A stretch of DNA of 63,802 nt, filler included, from Pelomyxa schiedti (Eukaryota; Protista; Evosea), in the NCBI GenBank assembly GCA_020536535.1. It is 13 parts of 13 records of this genome, joined end to end, with 100 filler letters (N's around TTAATTAATTAA, not from the genome) between each part and the next. Parts side by side here need not be neighbours in the genome. Positions count along the whole stretch, not along the records: positions 1 to 25,410 come from JAHLWZ010001048.1; 12 more parts are not named here. One strand, 5' to 3'. This document shows, in pieces, positions 12,101 through 25,510 of this stretch (its first letter is position 1; each line of letters begins with the position of its first letter). Made by a program: the position numbers and the translations under genes. Below the pieces are notes generated by a model, which was not told the DNA's origin, ran no database searches, and was given only the letters and a program-made list of their open reading frames with translations.

Positions 12101-13390
12101 TGGTCCCAATGGACAGCTCAGAGGCGTGTGCATTTGTGCCACAGGAGTTCCATGCCCCAGCTCCAAAGAGCATCTATTAAACACAATTATACCCTGGTGC
12201 CTACCCCATACATGTATGTGTGGCTTCATCTCTTTTCCGTCACAAACCTCACTTAACTACTGAATGAATGTAGCTAACCGGCATAACAACTGGGCTGGAT
12301 TGTACGGAAGGCTCAACTGGAACGGCGTATTCTTGACAACTGTGACTATTCCAGAGCCAATGGGCAAGCAGGTATGAGTTTTCGGCTGTGGATCAACAAT
12401 AATAAGATTATTATTTCTTTTACTAATCATTCCAACAGGGTCGAGTTTTACATCCAAACCAAAACCGATGCGTTACCGTCAGAGAGTGTGCACGCTCACA
12501 AGGCTTTCCTGACAGCTACAAATTCTGTGGTGATGTAACCCACCGTTTTAGACAGGTAATTTCCCCGGGTGAATTGACCCCCAGAGGCTTCTTTCTGACC
12601 CACACTTCAGATCGGAAACGCCGTTCCGCCGCCACTGGCCCGCTGCATTGGAATGGAAATACGAAAAGCCTTGGTTTCTAACGAGCGCAGATTGAATGAA
12701 GCACAGGAGGCCATTCCGGAAACTGAAGATACAGCGGAACCCGAGCCACAACCGGATTCTGACCCTGAGAACGAAAAAGAGGCAACAACAGAACCCGCGG
12801 AGAAATCCGAACCAGAATCACCTTCATCGGAACCAGCAGAACCATCAGCAGAGTCATCGGAATCAGATTCAAAGCCAAAGCCATCCAAACCCAGATCCAG
12901 AGCCCAGATCAAACCCAAATCAAAACCAAAGGCAAAGGCCAAGCCAGCAAAACCAGAACCAGAACCAAAACCAAAATCAGACTCAGAATCTGAAGACGAA
13001 ATAGTAGAGATAACACCCCCCAAATCAAAAGCAACAGCAACAACCACTACAACCATCACCAAGAATGGCAACAAACCACCGGCAAAAGAACAAGAACCCT
13101 CCACATCAAAACCAACAAAACCCCCGACAAAAACAACCGGCCCTCCTCCGCACGCCGCGCTGGCCTCCCATAATGTCCCCGATCCAGACTCCGGCACGCC
13201 GGAGACCACCGACAACCACAACAACGATAAGCCGGATCCATCAGCATCGTCGTCGTCACTACCCAAAGGTGATGGAGATGCCGAAAGTGGCGACAGTGAC
13301 AGCGACGAAGAGCTACCGCCAGCGACGGAACAGGAGGAGATTCTGTCCTCTGAAATATCTGATGCCGGGAATGACTCTGAAGACGAGTAG
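6181..13390 (+). CDS. DNMT1: DNA (cytosine-5)-methyltransferase 1, multi-exon
   Basis: RFTS (KCTLCRQ...[13 protein letters not shown]...KSWWAEW...[10 protein letters not shown]). CXXC ([39 protein letters not shown]). BAH1 (WIG...[17 protein letters not shown]) and BAH2 ([16 protein letters not shown]). MTase motifs [72 protein letters not shown] at 13388-13390. Confidence 0.96.
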
Positions 13391-13647
13391 TATCAGTCAT
13401 TGCTCCCCAGTCTTAGGGGTGTGGCATCAATACGGTTAACAGATAGCAGATTCGTGCCCAGTTTTAATTTCATTTTCTCGCAATAATAAACAAGCACAAA
13501 GAAGGGGGTCCGTTCGGCGACACAAAAAACGCATACGGCACGAGGTTGCGAATGACAAGTGAAGTGTTAAAGAATAATTAATTCCCCGGCTGGAAATTGC
13601 GTAGTGGAAGATTGAAGTGAATAATATAAAGACCAGCTTACTTTTGA

Positions 13648-14383
<736 letters not shown>

Positions 14384-14483
14384 ACAAAACCATCATGAAT
14401 CAAGCAACAAACAACATAAATAAGTACATAGTGAACATGTTGGGTAAAGTAAAATGAATTCCCATCTCCACGATTTTTCTGGA

Positions 14484-16906
14484 TCACAACCTCAGTCTTT
14501 TGTTTAGAGGCTGAGCAGGTTGCACACCAGAGAGGCACTCGAGGGCATCCAAGCATGACATCCTAGTCTGCTTGTCTGTTTCCATCATTGCAATCATCAC
14601 ATCCTTCATCAAGCCGCTGCTCTGCGCACTGTCAGCAGCACGAGGGAAGAAAGAAAGGGGGTCTGGGAACGAGGCTGCAAGCTTTTCTGGTGTGAAGGTG
14701 GCCATGTTGTTGTTGAGTGTGCTCCCAATGAACTTGTGTTGTGGTGGAAGGAGTGCATCCCAGAACGTGACTGCCAATGCAAACGAATCACACTTGGAGT
14801 AAGAGAACAGTGTTGGACCAGTTGCCCTGAGTGTCCTCAGGAGTGCACTCAGCTCTGGTGGCATGGTTCCTGTGTTCCCCCACAGTTGTGTGTGCTTCTG
14901 TGGGGATGTGTAGTTTGGTGTGTGACGAGAAAGCAGAGAACAAGCACGAGATCAAGAAAGGATTCTATTATTTGTTCTGTTTGTTGTTTGTTTTGATTTG
15001 TGAGGTTTTGGGTCGTGATTCTAAGGTCGGAGTGTGTCGGGCTTATAAGGACTCGAAAACGACTTGAAATCGAGGTGAACGATCAGGTAGATTTCCGCGA
15101 ACTTGATTTCCTAAGATGTCAGGTCCGAGTGCTGACTCAGCAGGTCAGTCTCCCAGTCTCGGCGTTCGCGCTCGTGCTCGCAGAGAGTTTGCTTGTGTAT
15201 TCTACAGAATCACACAGTTGCATATCTGAAGATACTTCAACCTCAAGGTCAGGCTTGAGGCATTGAATGGCCTCACCAAAGTCAATCAGGGAGAGTGTTT
15301 TGTCTGGGTCGACCAATACGTTGTCTTCCTTGATGTCCCTTTGTTGTATGTCACAAAACAAAACAAAAAAAAAGAGGGATGGAAGGGATGAAACGAGAAA
15401 ACCTGTGAATGAACTTGTTGGTTTCAATGTGGCTCACTGCCATAAGTGCCTGTTGGAACAGGTTCACTGTCACATCCCATGGGGCTCCATGCGAAGATGA
15501 AGGAGAGTGCAGGGACTGGAGAAAGCTTGAAAGAGGGATTCCACCAAAGGGCATGATGAATGCAAGTGACTTGTGCAGTGCCATTTCTCTGAAAATTGCT
15601 TGGCTTGCTGGAATCTGCTCAATAAACTCATCTGGCAATCTGTGTCTGGTTAGAACGCCACACTGCACCGAAATAATCACCTGGGAATGACTAGTGCGCC
15701 AAGGGGATGGATCACATTGGGATGAGGAGGTATTGAAGAGAGAATCACACACTCAGACATGTACTTCTGCCTGATCATTGTATGCCTTGGTGTGTTCTCC
15801 CAGTTGAACATAACTTTCATAACCATGCTTGATCTGGTTATTGTGCTGGTTGCTGCCGCACTGGTGGTTCCCACAGTAGGGGTATTTAAACACAGTACTT
15901 GAAAGGCAGCAGCACTCGCACCAGTTCCAAGGAGCTTCACCAATGTGAAGTCAGAAATATCTGCTGGAATCAGAGCAATCATTTGTTTCACCATTTTCTG
16001 TGCGATGGAGTGGGACTAAACCAGAATGAAAGATGAAAACCTTTTCTTTTTGTATTTCATCAGTGAGAGATTGGACTCTGGCTTGAAGGTTCAAATTTTC
16101 TTCTTTCCCTTTTTCACATCATTTTTGCAACATTACATGGCGTTTCACATACAATGTCCAAGTTCTGCTTTTAACATTTCAATCTGTGATGTGAGACTGC
16201 TAACTGGAGGTGGTATTGGCTTTAGATCAAAAAAGAAAGGGAGCCTTACTTGTTGGTGTGCACACTGGAGAAGCCACTGCAAGTATTTGTTGTGCCCACC
16301 CATTGCCTCATCCACTTCAGCTTGGCTCTTCTCGTCGACTCTGCCCCCATGTGCCAAAATCATCCGTGCCACCTCCATGTGGCCACAAAGCAGAGCTGCA
16401 GTAAGGGGGGTAGTGGCCGGCGGTGCGCCAGAATCCAACCCGCAATGGACGACCCTGCAGTGAGAAGTATTATTCACATCCGTCCGAGGGTGTCCCAGCA
16501 GCAGCGCCACCACGCCGGCCTGCCCCACGCTGCTGGCCTCCAACAATGGGTTGCCCTTGTTTGGGTCAACACCCACCACGCCCAGCAGCTCCCGCACGAC
16601 CTCCTTCCTGCCGTACATGCACGCACTCGACAGCGGCGTTCTGCCAAGCCAGTCCCTGTTGACGTCGCTGTACGGCCGGTGCGGGCGTGGCGGCGACAAC
16701 AGCAGGCGGACGACAGCGGCACTCCCGGCCTCGTGCAGAAGCGCGGTTGTGGCGTTGTTGATGTCGATGGCGGGGTTGCGTGTGAGGATGTCGCATGCAA
16801 CAACAGCATCGCCACGGCGAATGGCCCGCATCAGCTGGCGCTCGAGCTTGGCCCAGTCTGTGGACACACTGGCCGTTCCCGTCTGACGTTGTGATTCAGC
16901 CTGCAT
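14484..16906 (-). CDS. Ankyrin-repeat protein fused to a PINK1-like Ser/Thr kinase, interrupted by a 328-bp insertion
   Basis: Ankyrin repeats (GRTPLSSACMYGRKEVVRELL; NPLLEASSVGQAGVVALLL; TPLTAALLCGHMEVARMIL). Kinase motifs LGTGASAA, VMKVMFNW, HPNVI, HR|DIKEDN, IDFG, WGNTGTMPPE, YSKCDSFA. Confidence 0.8.
14889..15216. mobile_element. Non-autonomous TG...CA element (MITE or solo LTR) with 4-bp TSD
   Basis: Imperfect 15-bp TIRs (TGTGTGCTTCTGTGG / CTACAGAATCACACA). TSD GTTG at 14885-14888 and 15217-15220. Removing it restores the kinase frame SDMQLWGN. Second copy at 48567-48892. Confidence 0.88.
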
Positions 16907-17043
16907 CGATTGATCACCTCCTTACTTTCTTGTTACCACGGAGCTACGATAACGATCGTTCAGGTCTGTTGATACTTCAGCCAAGTGTCCGTGCTTAAAT
17001 TGTGTTTGATTTATGTGTGCAGCATCATTAAAAGATTTCTTCA

Positions 17044-19927
17044 TCAGTGTGATGAAGCAAGGTGGATGGATGGGATCAATGCAGAGAGCCATTGTGTGAT
17101 ACAGTCGTTGACTTGGTCATCTGTTACTTGTACTCCTGTTGTTGACGTAATTGCAGTACAGCACCCAAACAGAAACTTCACAATCACTGTGAATGGAACC
17201 CGGTTCTCCTCTGGTTCAATGAGAAGGTTAGTCTAGTGGAATTGTGAATGTGCGTGGGCAGTGACAACCAAGGATTGAGAGGCATGACTGCACAACAAGG
17301 AGCATGAGGTCTGCCGCGGTTCTCAATTGGGAATCAATTGTGGAGTGCATTAGACCCTCCACAACTTCGAGGGAGGCCTTCCTCCTGCTGAGGCAGGGTG
17401 CAATCTCTTGTTCAGTTGATTCGCCGCAAAGTCTCTTCACCTCTGTTGTTTGTTGTTAGTGGATTGGAGATGTGTTCCATTCTGAAACAAGAACCATCAA
17501 CATCAGGTTGTGGAAGCAGTGTCTTCTGATCGGTCATGAACTTTGCTTGCTGATGGAGCGGGAGTGCGGCGAATGTGGAGTCAACAAGGCCTCCATTGAG
17601 AATCTCAGTCATCAGAATGCCAAAGCTCCACATGTCTCCTGTTTGTGGTCAACAAGAAGATGCTGACAATAAAACAACCTTTAATCGAATAATGTTCAGT
17701 GAACATTTGTGGGGACATATAAACAGCTGTCCCTGGTCCTTTGGTACTGGTTCCAAGTACTTGTTGAGACATTTCACAGGATACACCTGTTGTTGGTGTG
17801 AATGAAAAAAGAAAGAAACAGGTGAGCAAAGTCAGAAAGATACCAAAGTCACAAATCTTTGGAGTTCCATTGGAGTCAAAAAGTATGTTGTTGCTGCTAA
17901 GGTCCCGGTGCATGATCTTCTGCCTGGACGGGTACAATGTAATCAGATAGGTTTTGTTGAACTTTCCACGAACCTGTGGAGACTGTCCATTCCCTTGGAA
18001 ACATTCAAGGCAACAGCCACGGCTTCATTGAACATCAGCTGCTTCTTCTTGTAGTTAGTCATCAATCAATGGGAAATCTCATCAACCTTTTCCAGCAGTT
18101 GCCTGAGACTACAACACAAGACTTCAGACACAATCATCAGGTGCCCAGATCCAGTAATAGCCGTTCCAATGCACCTAACAATGTTGGGGTTCCTCAGCCC
18201 ACTCACAATCTGTGTTTGCTCCAGGTTAACAATGGAATTCAGTGAGGGTGAAAACCTCTGCTTCCCGCATGAACTTCTCAACATAAGGTTCCCTAATGAT
18301 CTCATGTATCTTTTTCACAGCCACTTCTCTTTTTGAAGGAGTGTGAATGCACCTTTCCACTGTTCCATAACTTCCACCTCCCAAGTGCCCAGTAACTTGA
18401 AGATCAGTGTCCCTGATAGTCATCACTGGCCTCAGGCTGACCTTTGCCTCTGTGATTTTTGTCATTTAGTGTGAAAAGTAAAATTGGGTGAACCAATAGC
18501 CACTCCGACAGGAAGTAATGACAAGGAAGTTCCTTCCAGTTCCACATTTTGACCAGAGTTACCTGTTAGAGAAGCAGACACAGTCTGGTGATTTTCGTCC
18601 AGTCCAAACCTTTTCTGAACTTCCATCTTCACAACCTTTTTTTGTTTGAGGGAGGTGGAGAGGAGACCATGGTTTTACCTTGTCCAATGGACACAAGGAA
18701 CAAACTGAATCATGAAATGTGATGTTGTGACTTTCCAGTGTGATTGAGAGTTTCTTCATTGCACACTGTGTTGCTGGAGTACCCTTGTGTGACCTTAAGC
18801 CGTCTCTCTCTTGTGGAACTGTATTTGTCCAAACTCCTCGTTGAATATGCTGCAAGGTGTGCTCCAACGAATGTATCTGCTCTTTCAATTTACCCTGGAC
18901 AAAGAATTCTTAATTCTAATGACAAGAGAAGAGTGCACACCACAATCTGTTGGTCACCACTGCATCCCATTTGCTGAGAGATACCTATCTCACGTCCTTG
19001 GAAAACACCATTCGTCAAAGTGCCTTCAATGCGGGTCCCTGAACTTCGAAATGCGGCAGTGCCCTGCCCAACACCCCTATCTGTGAATGTTCCACTGAAT
19101 TCATCGCCATTCACCCACCTAATTGTGCCCGACTTGATGGCACCCATCTCCCAAGAGCCCTCAAACAAAGTACCGGAGCACGCCCACACCTTTTTCCCAG
19201 CTCCATTCTCCTTCCCCATCACCCAATCTCCCTCGTACCTATCTCCGTTCTCCCAAATCCTGACACCCCTCCCATGGAACTTGTCATCCTCCCACCCGCC
19301 AACGTAGCTCCCTCCTCCCCCAGTATCTCCTCCCGCACCAAACAACATCCTACCAGTCCCGCACCTCCTTCCCTGCACAAACTGACCGTGATACATGTCG
19401 CCATTGGCCGGCGATATCCACGTGCCACGCCCGTGCCACTTGTTCCCGCTCCACTCGCCCTCGTACACCGTCACCATCGCGGCCGTCCCACAATCGCCGC
19501 CACCGCGCTCGCCGCCTGCTTTTTTCCTCCTCTGGACACCCCACCCCTGCATCTCGTACGCCTGCTTCTCCGAGTTGCACACCCAGTCGCCGTGCCACTC
19601 GTCGACGCCGTCCTGGCGCCACGTCCCGCGGCTCCACGAGTCGTCGCGCCACAGGCCCTCGAAGCACGGGCTGCTCGCGCCGGCGCCCACGCCGCTGCGC
19701 CAGGTGCCCCAGCCGTCCCTCTTGTCCTCGCGCCACTCGCCGTCGTAGAGCATGGGGCTGCTGGCCGCCGTCGCCTTCCACGCGCACGCGCCGCGGCCGT
19801 CGCGCAGGCCGCCGACGAGGCGCCCTGTGTACGACTCGCGGTCTGGCCCCGCCGACCCAGAGTCGTCGACCACGGACTGCACAGCCTCGTCGTTGGCCGT
19901 CCTGGTCCCAAAGGGCGACCGTCTCAT
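17044..19927 (-). CDS. MORN-repeat / ubiquitin-like / TKL kinase paralog 2
   Basis: MORN exon 18930-19927; CAMKKLSITLESHNITFHDSVCSLCPLDK module; GGGSYG, VAVK, HRDLSSNN, DFG, GTAVYMSPQ, DMWSFG; TGA at 17044. Confidence 0.85.
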
Positions 19928-20166
19928 GGTGGTCCAGGGGGGGTGTCAAATTTTTTCTAAGCTAATCGCTGGTCTGGTGTTTCTTTTATTCAGCCAATTC
20001 TTGTTGTTTTTTTCCCCCGAGACTTGGGAAATTGAGGTAGAGAACATTGGGCCCATCCCTTTGGATCATGCATTTAGCAATTTCCCTAATCAAGGCATTA
20101 GTGCAATTTTGATTCTTGTCCCCTTTGTATTTTGTTGTATTTATTTATTTATTTATTTTGAATTAA

Positions 20167-23100
20167 CTAGTAAGAGACAACATACACATTCTGGATCCCA
20201 AGGGAGGCAAGGTGTTGAATGAGGTATTCTTCCCATTCTGGTGTGGTACTCCACAAATTTCCAGAGCGTGAGAAAGGAGGTTGAACCGGAGACATGAATG
20301 TGAAAGGGGCACCAGGTGCACATGACTCCCTGGCCTCCCACAGTCGCATGGTGCTGGTGTGCATCACTGGCTTATTGTACAGCCATGAGTACTGTGGCAG
20401 TGCCACAGTGGGCGCGGCCGCTGCATAGGAAGCTGTGGTTGTGGTCGCCATAGTTGTGCTTGTGGTTGCGGTTGTGTTTGTGTTTGCTACTGGTGATGAG
20501 GAGGATATTGTTGGTGTGGAAGTTAGTGCCTGCTGAGGGACTGGGGACGGAGTTGATGATGGTGCTGGTGATTGTGGAACCAGCTTGGGTGTTTCCGGTG
20601 TTGCCGGTATGGCTACTGGTTTTGGTGATGGTGATGGTGATTGCAGAACTGGAGCCTGGTATGGGAATGTGAAGGATGCTGGGGTGTTGTCTCTTACTGG
20701 GGATGGAGAGTTCACTGATGGGGAGAACATGGGCGACTTCGGGGCTGCAAGGTGTATCAAAGGGGAGAGAGATGACAGCCACTGTGTGATGCTCTCAGTC
20801 ACTTGGTCGGAAGTCACTGCCACTGTTCCGAGGGGACAATGGGTTGCTGTTGCTATGTCATGGACCGTGGCTGAGGTGCAACAACAATGGAGAAGCTTCA
20901 CGATCACACTGAATGGAGCTCGGCCTGTCTCTGTTTGTATGGTTTTCATTTGGGCCGGAGGCAGTGTTGGCTGGGGATACAAACCTAGGATGGAAAGGCA
21001 CGAATTGACAACAAGGAACATGAGGTCCATCACTGCCGGTGTTTGAACTTGGGCAAGTGCATCTGGGGAGTGTGTGCGGCGATTCACAACCTCAAGGCAA
21101 GCATTCCTCCTGCTGAGGCAGTGTGCAACTGTTGATTCACCTGATTCATGGCACAGTCTTTGCACCTCTTTTGTTTGGTTGGTTATGGGGTGGAACAAAG
21201 TGATGAACCCACAACCTTCAACATCAGGAGCTGAAAGGTGCTTCATTTGGTCCTCCAGGAAAGTTAATTGAGAGCGGAGAGGGAGTTTGTAAAGTGTGGA
21301 GTCCACAATGTCGCAGTTGATCATCTCAGTCAGAAGAACACCAAATCCCCACATGTCCCCTGAGAGTGTTTAGTGTTGTTGTTGGGGCAAGTGACAGAAC
21401 AACAAAAAGCAGCAACCTTGAATTGAGTAATGATTTGTTGACATCTGTGGGGCCATGTGAATTGGAGTTCCAGGTCCAATGGTTTTATCTCCACTGCTAA
21501 GTTCTTGTGGGTTCATTCCACGTGATACACCTGTTTTTCACAACTGATGAGAAAGAAGACAACACCTCTGTGGCACGTTGCACACCAAAGTCACAAATCT
21601 TTGGGGTTCCATTGGCGTCAAGGAGGACATTGTTGCTGCTCAAGTCTCGGTGCATTATATTTTGCCTGTTTTGAGTGAGTGAAGGAGACAGCACACAAGT
21701 TTATAAACCACACACAAACCTGTGAAGACTGTCCATTCCTTTTGCAACTCCAAGGGCAATGGCTGTGACCTCTCTGAAACTGAGCTGCCTCTTTGAAGGA
21801 TCACATCTGATTTGTTTCAGAAGTTGCCTGAGACTGCAACACATGAGCTCAGAAACAATCTGCAGGTTCCCAGATCCACCAGATCCAACACAGATCCCAA
21901 GGCACATCACAATGTTGGGATGCCTCAATCCCCTGGTGATCTGAAGCATTGGTTTTTCTTGGCTATTAGCAACAAAAGGAAACCTCAGCTTCCAATTTGA
22001 ATTTTGCGATGTTGTGCTCTGATGCAATTACATCAAAAAGTTTCTTCACAGCAACTTCTTGTGATGATGGAGTGTGAATGCACCTGTAAACAGTTCCATA
22101 ACACCCACTTCCCAATGTGAAAACATAACTCAACTCTGATTCTTTGATTTCCATCACAGGTTTCATTCTCACCTTCAACTGTGCCACAGTGTTGGTGTGT
22201 TTTCCTTTTTTGGTTTGGATTGACATTTCAAAACAGAAGAACAGCAAACCTGACGATGATGAGGTGCCTTGTGAGAGAAGAGAGGACAACTGAGACAGTG
22301 TTGATGAAGTCCCAGAGAGTGACAATTCCTGTGTATCGCTGATCAGAGAGACAACCTGCTCACTTTCATCCACTCCAAATCGCTTCTCAACTGCCATCCT
22401 GACAACCTTTTTGTGTCAGGCCAGTGTTTTAGTGAGTTGGTTTGTTGTTTTTACCTTGTCAAGAGGGCACCGCGAACAAAAGGATTCATGAAATGTGATG
22501 TTGCTTGTTTCAAGTGTGACCATCACTTCTTTCATGACGCACTTGTTTTCCATTTGATCTGATTTCACCCACATTCCCTGTTGAATGTGTTGCAAGGTGT
22601 GTTCAATGTCTTGTGTGGGAATGACGTCAGTCAATCTGAGGTAGAAACACACGTGATCACACACATGCTTCTTGATCCTTGAACTCCTTTGTTTGTATTT
22701 GCATCACTTTTCAGTGTAAGATTCTTACAAACCACACATGATAAGACACATACATTCCATTTGTTCCTCAACTTGTTTTTGAAGTCTTTCACTCTTACTT
22801 TTAAATTCCTCTGCCTGGAGAGACTGTTGTTCGTAAAACATCTGAATTGTGTGAGTGCAACATAAAACAAAGTAATAGGCGCACTGCTGTTTCACCACAG
22901 TCAATTTTGCAGTGGAAACCACCTGTTGTTTCTTGAAAAACTCTCCCTTCAAAAGTCCCATCAAGTTTCCTGTTAGGATCAACACACCTTAATGTTACTG
23001 TTCCCTCACCACAACAACCATCCATTGTGAACATGCCGGTGAATTCGTCACCGTTCGGCCACCTCTTTGTGCCTGACTTGAGCACACCATTCCTCCAAAC

Positions 23101-23868
23101 ACCCCAGATGGATGTGCCGTCACGTGCCCACGTTTTCATGCCTGCTCCATGCTCCTTCCCGTACTCCCAATCACCCTCATACCTTGAGCCATCACCCCAA
23201 ATCCTGATCCCACTTCCATGGAACATTCCGGCCTTCCACTCCCCAGCGTAGGTCCCTCCTGTGACAAACAGCATCCTCCCTGTCCCACTCATCTTACCAT
23301 GATCAAACTCGCCGTGATAGATACAGCCTGTCCCAGGTGAGTGCCACGTTCCACACCCATGCCACATGTTCCCTTCCCACTCGCCCTCATACACAGTCTC
23401 CAGAGTTGCTGCTGCTGCCCCCACCGCCGTCTTCTTCACTAGTACTCTCTTCTGCACACCCCAGCCCTGCATCTGATACTGCTCTTTCGCGTCATCCCAC
23501 ACCCACTCCCCTTCCCACACTCCATTTTTGCTGTGGTATGTGCCGCGGCTCCGGCGGCCGCCTCTGTACAGCCCCTCGAACCAATCGCCCTCCGTGGGCC
23601 TGAGGTACACGCCCCAGCCGTCTTGCTTGCCATTGTGCCACTCGCCCTCGTACATGTTGCCGTTGTCCCACCTTTGAAACCCACGTCCGTGTTGCGCGCC
23701 ATCCTTCATCTCCCCTTCATATCCACTTATTATTACCACTGGTGGTGACGATGGGGTGGGCGTGGCCGTGGTCGTGGGCGTGGGCGTGGGCGTGGGCGTG
23801 GGCGTGGGCGTGGGCGTGGGCGTTGCGTTTGCCACTATGCGTTGTACAGCACCAAGCCACCGTTGCAT
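20167..23868 (-). CDS. MORN-repeat / ubiquitin-like / TKL kinase paralog 3 with Ser/Thr/Pro-rich tail
   Basis: MORN exon at about 22880-23868; CVMKEVMVTLETSNITFHESFCSRCPLDK; GSGCYG, VAVK, HRDLSSNN, DFG, GTPIHMAPQ, DMWGFG; about 180-aa extra C-terminal tail. Confidence 0.85.
23755..23823. repeat. (CGTGGG)n coding microsatellite giving a Pro-Thr repeat
   Basis: About 8 perfect hexamers plus degenerate ones; encodes TPTPTPTP on the minus strand. Confidence 0.9.
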
Positions 23869-25089
23869 GTTGTTATGTTAGGTTTGCGTTAAACAGGCAC
23901 CCCTGCCAATTCCAGCCGTTTTTTTTTTTTTTTTGATTCACCACCAAACAGCATCCTCCCGATTCACTCCTCTTTCTGTGATCACACATTTGTAGTAGTT
24001 GATGTAGGTGATGCAGGCCGGCTTGACTGAACAATAGTGAACACAAGGTTCACCCCTGGCTGATGTTGGTAAGTCCTCTCTGTCAAATGGTGAGAAAGTG
24101 ATCCAGTGCTTGACCACACTCACAAACACAGACGCAAACACACCGATAATGGAGAGGCATCACTGCACATGAGGTCCCCCACAGTTTCCGGCAATGCTGC
24201 TCACAGCCGTCGAGAGCGGCAATTTGTGTGAAATAGTTCACAGCATCAATTACCGGTAATTCCTCCTGGCGGAGACAGTGCGCAATCGCCGGCTTCACCA
24301 CACTGAGTCTTCTAACCGGTATTAGTGCTTTTTAATAATGGCTTATGAATTGATCAATTTAGAGAAAATAAATATGAAGAGAGACAAGTAAACCAGCAAC
24401 TTGTGTTTGTAATCAAAGAAATATTGCTGTCATTGGGTTGAAACGCACACAAAAGTCACTACGAGACAGATGGCATCGAGTATAGAGTGATCACATGCCC
24501 AGTGAGTACGCCAGCATATGCCCAGTTCTGTGCTTGTCGCAGTATTTCGGGCATTCCCCAGTGGGGAATAAGCTTCCACCTTATTTTGGTATTTGGCACT
24601 TTGGCAGTTTAAGACCTGTGTCTGTTAAAGACATTTGCGAACTGTATTCTCAGTAATATATCATCAGATAATTGATTAATTGTTCGTCCTAAAGTAGTTG
24701 TTGGTCAACACAGGTAAGTCTAGGGCACCAACTCACAAATATTTGCAAAGGAATCAGCCTGATTTTGGTTCTAAATTCAAAGTGGCAGCCAACAACGGAG
24801 GAGTTATGGCGAACGTAAGCCCAGGTACTCTCTGTCAAGGTGATCCGACACTCCACGTGCTGAACCACTCGCGTCTCTTCACATCGTTGAACTGTTAATT
24901 TTATGTAAATACATCCAGAGAAGCAAGCAAACCAGCCACGCCAAGAGGGTGGGAAGAGACTGCCACGTGGTCGTCACCCTTGAGATAAATCATCTGCAAT
25001 CAAACGAAAAGTTTTTTGTTACCCGAACGTGTTTTTCACCAGGTGGACGATGATTACGAGGAGGAGTTGGTGGAAGCAGCGGCTATGTG

Positions 25090-25410
25090 AATGAAAGGGC
25101 ATAGGGAGGACAGCCACTGTGTGACGCTCTCAGTCACTTGGTCGTCGGTCACAGTGCATGTACCGCGGGTGATGTCATGGATCACAGCTGATGCGCAACA
25201 ACAATGAAGCAGCTTCACAATCACACTGAACGGAATTCGGTCTCTCTCTGGATGATTTTTAGTTTAAGCTTGGGAGTGACACACACCAATGATGGGGAGA
25301 ACATGGGCGACTTGGGGGCTGCAAGGTGTATCAAAGGGGAGAGAGATGACAGCCACTGTGTGATGCTCTCAGACACTTGGTCGGCAGTCACTGCCACTGT
25401 TCCGAGGGTA
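25090..25410 (-). pseudogene. 3' end fragments of another MORN-kinase paralog (two tandem C-terminal exon copies), cut by the contig end
   Basis: 25291-25408 is nearly identical to 20717-20834; 25105-25250 is a second copy of the 'FSVIVKLLHCC...QWLSSL' exon. Confidence 0.6.
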
Positions 25411-25510
25411 NNNNNNNNNNNNNNNNNNNNNNNNNNNNNNNNNNNNNNNNNNNNTTAATTAATTAANNNNNNNNNNNNNNNNNNNNNNNNNNNNNNNNNN
25501 NNNNNNNNNN
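25411..25510. other. Artificial contig-joining linker (first of 12)
   Basis: N-run/TTAATTAATTAA/N-run with stops in all six frames. Repeated at about 36676, 37960, 44008, 45730, 51832, 53779, 54991, 57311, 59015, 60741 and 62468. Confidence 0.97.

Noticed and set aside
23938-24900. Possible small Cys-rich minus-strand gene
   Set aside because: Could not build a consistent exon path or recognise a domain.
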